Source: Mobula hypostoma
Lineage: Eukaryota
Direction: 5' to 3'
Assembly: GCF_963921235.1 (NCBI RefSeq)
Contig: NC_086097.1
Coordinates: 47,432,001-47,496,000 of the forward strand
Length of the DNA stretch: 64,000 bases
A model generated the notes under the pieces. That model did not search any database and was not told the origin of the DNA. It saw only the letters and a program-made list of their open reading frames with translations. A program made the position numbers and the translations under genes. Of this stretch, positions 58,690 through 64,000 are shown one piece after another; position 1 is the stretch's first letter, and each line of letters starts with the position of its first letter.

Positions 58690-60079
58690 AAGTTCTATTT
58701 TAACTTCATCATTCAACAGGACTTGTTTCCAAAATGCATCAGGCTTGTTTAGATGTTCCTTTGCAAACTTCTGATGCTGAATTTTGTGGTGAGTACGCAG
58801 GAAAGGTTTTCTTCTGATGACTCTTCCATGAAAGTCATATTTGTGCAGGTGTTGCTGCACAGTAGAATAGTATACCACCACTCCAGAGTCTGCTAAAACT
58901 TCCTGAAGGTCTTTTGCAGTCAGACGGGGGTTTTGATTTGCCTTTCCAGTTATCCTACGAGCATTCTCTGGGAAAGTTTACTTGGTCTTCCAGACCTCAA
59001 CTTGACCTCCACCATTCCTGTTAACTGCCATTTCTTAATTACATTATGAACTGAGGAAACGGCTACCTGTAAAACACTTTGCTATCTTCTTATAGCCTTC
59101 TTCTACTTTGTGGGCATCATTTATTTTAATTTTCAGAGTGCTAGGCAACTGCTTAGAGTAGCCCATGGCTGCTGATTGTTGGGACAAGGCTTGAGGAGTC
59201 AGGGTATTTATAAAGCTTTGAAATTTGCATCACCTGGCCTTTCCTAACGATGACTGTGTACAAGCCATAGCCCTAATAAGCTAATTAAGGTCTGAGACCT
59301 TGGTAAAAGTTATCTGAGAGCTCAAATCTCTTGGGGTGCCCAAACTTTTGCATGGTGCTCCTTTTCTTTTGTTTCACTCTAAAATTGTACAAAACAAAAA
59401 TAATACACTAATCTTGCTTAAGCTGTTGAAAAGAATGTTTCATCTTCAACTTTATGACTTTTGGAGATCAGTTCATCTTCTACTCACTTAACTATTCACA
59501 GTACCAGAAATTTTGACCGGGGTGCCCAAACTTTTTTATGCCATTGTATACTAATCTCACTTCCTTCAAATGATTGTGTGGAAATCTGAGTTTGAGGAAT
59601 TTGGTATTGAGAGCTTTTCATTAAATTTTACTGTATATTAGAGTACGTCCAAAGATGGGATTGAATATTTCCCTTCCCTATGATTCTTTGGACTGAAGGT
59701 GCCGTTATTGATTCTTCGGTATGCTGGTTAAATTGGAAGAGAAATAATTGAACTCTGACTTGTGCATTCTTGAAACCAGATATAAAGCAAATTGACAGGA
59801 CACTGGGAATACTTGGTTGAGTACTCTATTGCTGAACAGTTGATGATTTCTTGGGGGGAGCATTATATTGTTAATTCATAATGAATAGGCTTAAATGGTT
59901 TGAAATTCTGAGAAATAAATTGTGACAATGCTATATGGTTTGGCAGATTTGTTCTGGCTAATGAATTGATAAAATCATAGGAATTGGTGACACAGAACAA
60001 GCCTTTCAAAAATGGAAGCAACACGCATAAAAGTTGCTGGTGGATGCAGCAGGCCAGGCAGAATCTCTAGGAAGAGGTA

Positions 60080-60117
60080 CAGTCGACGTTTCGGGCTGAG
60101 ACCCTTCGTCAGGGCTA
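60080..60117 (-). ncRNA. Minimal hammerhead ribozyme motif in the inverted PLE tail
   Basis: Minus strand AGCC-CUGACGA-A-GGGucucagCCC-GAAACGUC-GACUG. Confidence 0.65.
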
Positions 60118-62546
60118 ACTGAAAGAAGAGCTAGTAAGAAATTTGAAAGTGGGAGGGGGAGGGGGAGATCCAAAATGATACGAGAAGACGGGAGGAGGAG
60201 GGATGGAGCCAAGAGCTGGACAGGTGATTCGCAAAAGGAATATGAGAGGATCATGGGACAGAAGGCCTAGGGAGAAAGAAAAGGGGGAGGGGGAGAAAGC
60301 CCAGAGGATGGGCAAGGGGTATAGTGATAGGGACAGAGGGAGAAAAAGAATGTGTGTATATAAATAAATAACGGACATCAGCTGTGTTAACTTCACCACA
60401 CCTTGTTCCCATTCCAACCTCACTCCTTCCGAACGCTCTGCTCTCCGCTCCCTCCGCACTAATCCTAACCTTACTATAAAACCCGCTGATAAAGGGGGCG
60501 CTGTTGTAGTCTGGCGCACTGACCTCTACCTTGCCGAGGCACAACGACAACTCGCGGATACCTCCTCTTACGTACCCCTCGATCATGACCCCACTAAGGA
60601 GCACCAGGCCATTGTCTCCCGCACCATCACCGACTTTATCCACTCAGGGGATCTCCCATCCACTGCTACCACCCTTATAGTTCCCACACCCCGCACTTCC
60701 CATTTCTACCTCCTACCCAAGGTCCACAAACCTGCCTGTCCAGCTAGACCCATTGTCTCAGCTTGCTCCTGCCCCACCAAACTCACTTCTGCATACCTTG
60801 ACACTGTTTTATCCCCCCTTGTACAATCCCTTTTTTATGTATGTTCGTGACACTTCTCAGGCTCTGAAACTTTTCGATGATTTTCAGTTCACTGGCCCCC
60901 ACCGCTTTATTTTCACCATGGATGTCCAGTCCCTATATACTTCCATCCCCCATCAGGAAGATCTCAAAGCTCTCCACTTCTTTTTAGATTCCAGACCGAA
61001 CCACCACTCTGTTCCGTCTAGCGGAATTAGTCCTTACTCTTAATAATTTCTCCTTTGGCTCCTCCCGCTTCCTCCAAACTAAAGGTGTAGCCATGGGTGC
61101 CCGTATGGGTCCCAGTTATGCCTGCCTTTTTGTTGGCTTTGTGGAACATTTTATGTTCCAAACCTATTCTGGTATCTGTCCCCCACTTTTCCTACGCTAC
61201 ATCGACGACTGCATTGGCGCTGCTTCCTGCACGCATGCTGAGCTTGTTGACTTCATTAACTTTGCCGCCAACTTTCACCCTGCCCTCAAGTTTACCTGGT
61301 CCATTTCTGACACCTCCCTCCCCTTTCTAGATCTTTCTGTCTCTGTCTCTGGAGACAGCTTATCTACTGATGTCTACTATAAGCCTACTGACTCTCACAA
61401 CTATGTGGACTATTCCTCTTCTCACCATGTCTCTTGCAAAAATGCCATCCACTTCTCGCAAATCCTCCATCTCCACTGCATCTGCTGTCAGGATGAGGCT
61501 TTTCATTCCAGGACGAAGAAGATGTAAAAAAAGGGGCTTCCCTTCCTCCACCATCAACTCTGCTCTCAAACGCATCTCCCCCATTTCACGCACATCTGCT
61601 CTCATTCCATCCTCCCGCCACCCCACTAGAAATAGGGTTCCCCTTGTCCTCACCTACTGCCCCATCAGCCTCCGGGGTCCAACATATAATTCTCCGTAAC
61701 TTCCGCCACCTCCAATGGGATCCCACCACTAAGCACATCTTTTCATCACCCCCTCTCTCTGCTTTCTGCAGGGATCGCTCCCTACACGACTCCCTTGTCC
61801 ATTCGTCCCCCCCATCCCTCCCCACCAATCTCCCTACTGGCACTTATCCTTGTAAGCGGAACATGTGCTACACGTGCCCTTACACTTCCTCCCTCACTAC
61901 CATTCAGGGCCCCAGACAGTCCTTCCAGGTGAGGCGACACTTTACCTGTGAGTCGGCTGGGGTGATATACTGCATCTGGTTCTTTTGATGCGGCCTTCTA
62001 TACATTGGCGAGAGCTGACGCAGACTGGGAGATCGTTTCGCTGAACACCTACGCTCTGTCCGCCAGAGAAAGCAGGATCTCCCAGTGGCCACACATTTTA
62101 ATTCCACGTCCCATTCCCATTCTGATATGTCTATCCACGGCCTCCTCTACTGTAAAGATGAAGCCACAATCAGGTTGGAGGAACAACACCTTGTATTCCG
62201 TCTGGGTAGCCTCCAACCTGATGGCATGAACATTGACTTCTCAAACTTCCGCTAATGCCCCACCTCCCCCTCGTACCCCATCCGTTATTTATTTATTTAT
62301 TTATATACACACATTCTTTTTCTCTCTCTGCTTTTTCTTCCTCTGTCCCTCTCACTATACCCCTTGCCCATCCTCTGGGCTCCCCTCCTCCCTTTTCTTT
62401 CTCCCTCGGCCTCTTGTCCCACGATCCTCTCATATCCCTTTTGCCAATCTCTTGGCTCCATCCCTCCCCCTCCTGTCTTCTCCTATCATTTTGGATATCC
62501 CCTCCCCCTCCCACTTTCAAATCTCTTACTAACTCTTCCTTCAGTT

Positions 62547-62583
62547 AGTCCTGACAAAGGGTCTCAGTCCGAAACGTCGACTG
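62547..62583 (+). ncRNA. Hammerhead motif with core mutation (CUGACAA), probably inactive
   Basis: AGUC-CUGACAA-AGGGucucagUCC-GAAACGUC-GACUG; the conserved G8 is changed to A. Confidence 0.55.
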
Positions 62584-63666
62584 TGCCTCTTCCTAGAGAT
62601 GCTGTCTGGCCTGCTGCATTCACCAGCAACTTATGTGTGTTGCTTGAAATTCCAGCATCTGCAGATTTCCTCGTGTTTGCATTTCAAAAATGGAATCTCG
62701 GTTAATATTAGGTCCTGGTTTTTACTCCATTGCTTTGCGTGTTACATGTTCTCATTTTTGTACTAAAAATTGAGTAAGGGTTTCTGCTACCACATTTTCA
62801 GAGAGCAAGTTTCAGAGACCTATCACTCTGAATTTTTCTTCTTCAATCCCCTTCTACAGTTGACTTAATTCTGTCGTTCGGTTTTTATTCTTTCTGTGAA
62901 GGGAGGTTCGTCTTCTCACAGCTTATACTAACATATATTTAATTAAACCTTTCCTTGGATTTCTTTGTTTGAAAGAAAACAACCCTAGACCAATAGAACT
63001 ATACACAGTACTCTGCCCATGGCTGCGTCAACAATCCACAATGTTCTAACAGGACTGCCTTGTTTTCACATTTTCTGCTTTCCCTTATAAAGGCACGTAT
63101 TTGTTGTGCTGCTTCAATTACTATCCAAGAACATTTAGGAATCCTTCTGTTCATCTTTGCTGCCTGATATATTAAAATGCACAGTAATTGCAAAACTACT
63201 TGAATATGACTATATTTTATGGTTTGAAGTTCTCATTAATGATATTTTGGTGGATAATTTTAAATTCAGATATGCTTAGAATTTGTTGATGGGGTTATGT
63301 ATTTACAAGACAAATAAAATGAAGTATCAAGCTAAGATAACATGTATCCAAAAAGTTTGGCAGTTGAAATTTGCACTTATTTTACTTCAGAAAATTTTCT
63401 GATATTTCATATTCCTTTGCATAAAACAGTATTAATAAAGACCTTGCATAACTAAATTGAGTTTTGTATTTGAGAAGGAATAAATAAATATGGAGTATTC
63501 ATATTTTTAAATTTACCTCGATTCAGAAAATAGTTTTCTTTTGTATATGACACTATCAACTGCTGTATAATTCTTGTGTTGAGAAAGAAACCAATGTCTT
63601 AATGGTATGAAAAATGTGCAGAATATGTTTTGACTAATTATTGTCTTTCTCCTTTTGAATTCCCAG

Positions 63667-63684
63667 AAGAAATCCAGAGGCTAG
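63667..63684 (+). CDS. Candidate short alternative terminal exon of KLC1 (KKSRG*)
   Basis: Branch-like TGACTAAT at 63631-63638, pyrimidine tract, CAG at 63664-63666, phase-0 reading AAG AAA TCC AGA GGC TAG, then non-repetitive U-rich sequence; no homology support. Confidence 0.3.
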   Translation, partial: KKSRG

Positions 63685-64000
63685 AGGTTTATCTTTTTGT
63701 AAATTTGTACTTTTGTTGGTACTGTGTACTGTACAGCTCTTTATTTATCTTTTATTTGGCTTGCTCACTTTTTATGATCAGTAAATAATCAGGTTGATAT
63801 ATGTTTTATGTATGAGTTTAAAGTGTTTTTCTCGTGCAATTTTGTATTTTCATGTGTACTGCTGACACTATTTCTGGGTCATTCTTCCACTTTGGCGTTT
63901 AGAAATAACTTTCAGAATGAGGTTGTTTTATTTTTAATAATTCAGTCTAACTATGAAATTGACCAATCCTATTCATAATTTTCAAAATTTGGTTCATTTT

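Larger units (their letters stand above)
53753..59546 (-). mobile_element. Tc1-family IR/DR DNA transposon (defective), split by an LTR element
   Basis: About 200-bp inverted repeats starting CAGTGGCATGCAAAAGTTTGGGCACCCC, inner DR at about 59333-59354; transposase from ATG 59166: MGYSKQLPSTLKIKI..., RKPFL, NDEVKIEL|FGRNEQRYVWR, WPSQSPDL..IENLW. Confidence 0.92.
60018..62681 (+). mobile_element. Penelope-like retroelement: inverted 3' tail (60018 to about 60372) plus 5'-truncated RT and GIY-YIG body
   Basis: IKPADKGGAVVV, FYLLPKVHKP, FTMDVQSLYTSIPH, GVAMGARMGPSYA, LRYIDD, LPFLD, HFTCESAGVIYCI..LYIGE; 14-bp TSD TTTCAAAAATGGAA (60004-60017 and 62682-62695). Confidence 0.92.

Overview
Vertebrate genomic DNA, most likely a cartilaginous fish (inferred from the repeat repertoire, not proven). 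The window holds 12 consecutive coding exons of kinesin light chain 1 (KLC1, + strand, ATG at 2998 to exon end 49902). All junctions are GT-AG and join in frame into about 551 aa. The non-coding first exon lies upstream of the window, and a candidate short terminal exon sits at 63667. Exon numbers follow mammalian KLC1 (first coding exon = exon 2). The introns are packed with nested transposons: CR1 and Rex1/Babar-like LINEs, Tigger/pogo derivatives carrying a captured palindromic hAT MITE, a Charlie-like hAT, and an IR/DR Tc1 split by a full-length CsRn1-type Gypsy LTR element. The most notable signals are (1) Penelope-like elements with minimal hammerhead ribozyme motifs that repeatedly insert as TSD-flanked inverted structures, down to about 215-bp palindromes; (2) a shredded antisense class I endogenous retrovirus (integrase plus env) that the ORF track mostly misses; and (3) a MITE that lost one terminus and now spreads as cargo inside a Tigger element. 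TE boundaries without TSDs are approximate, and family names come from motif recognition, not database searches.
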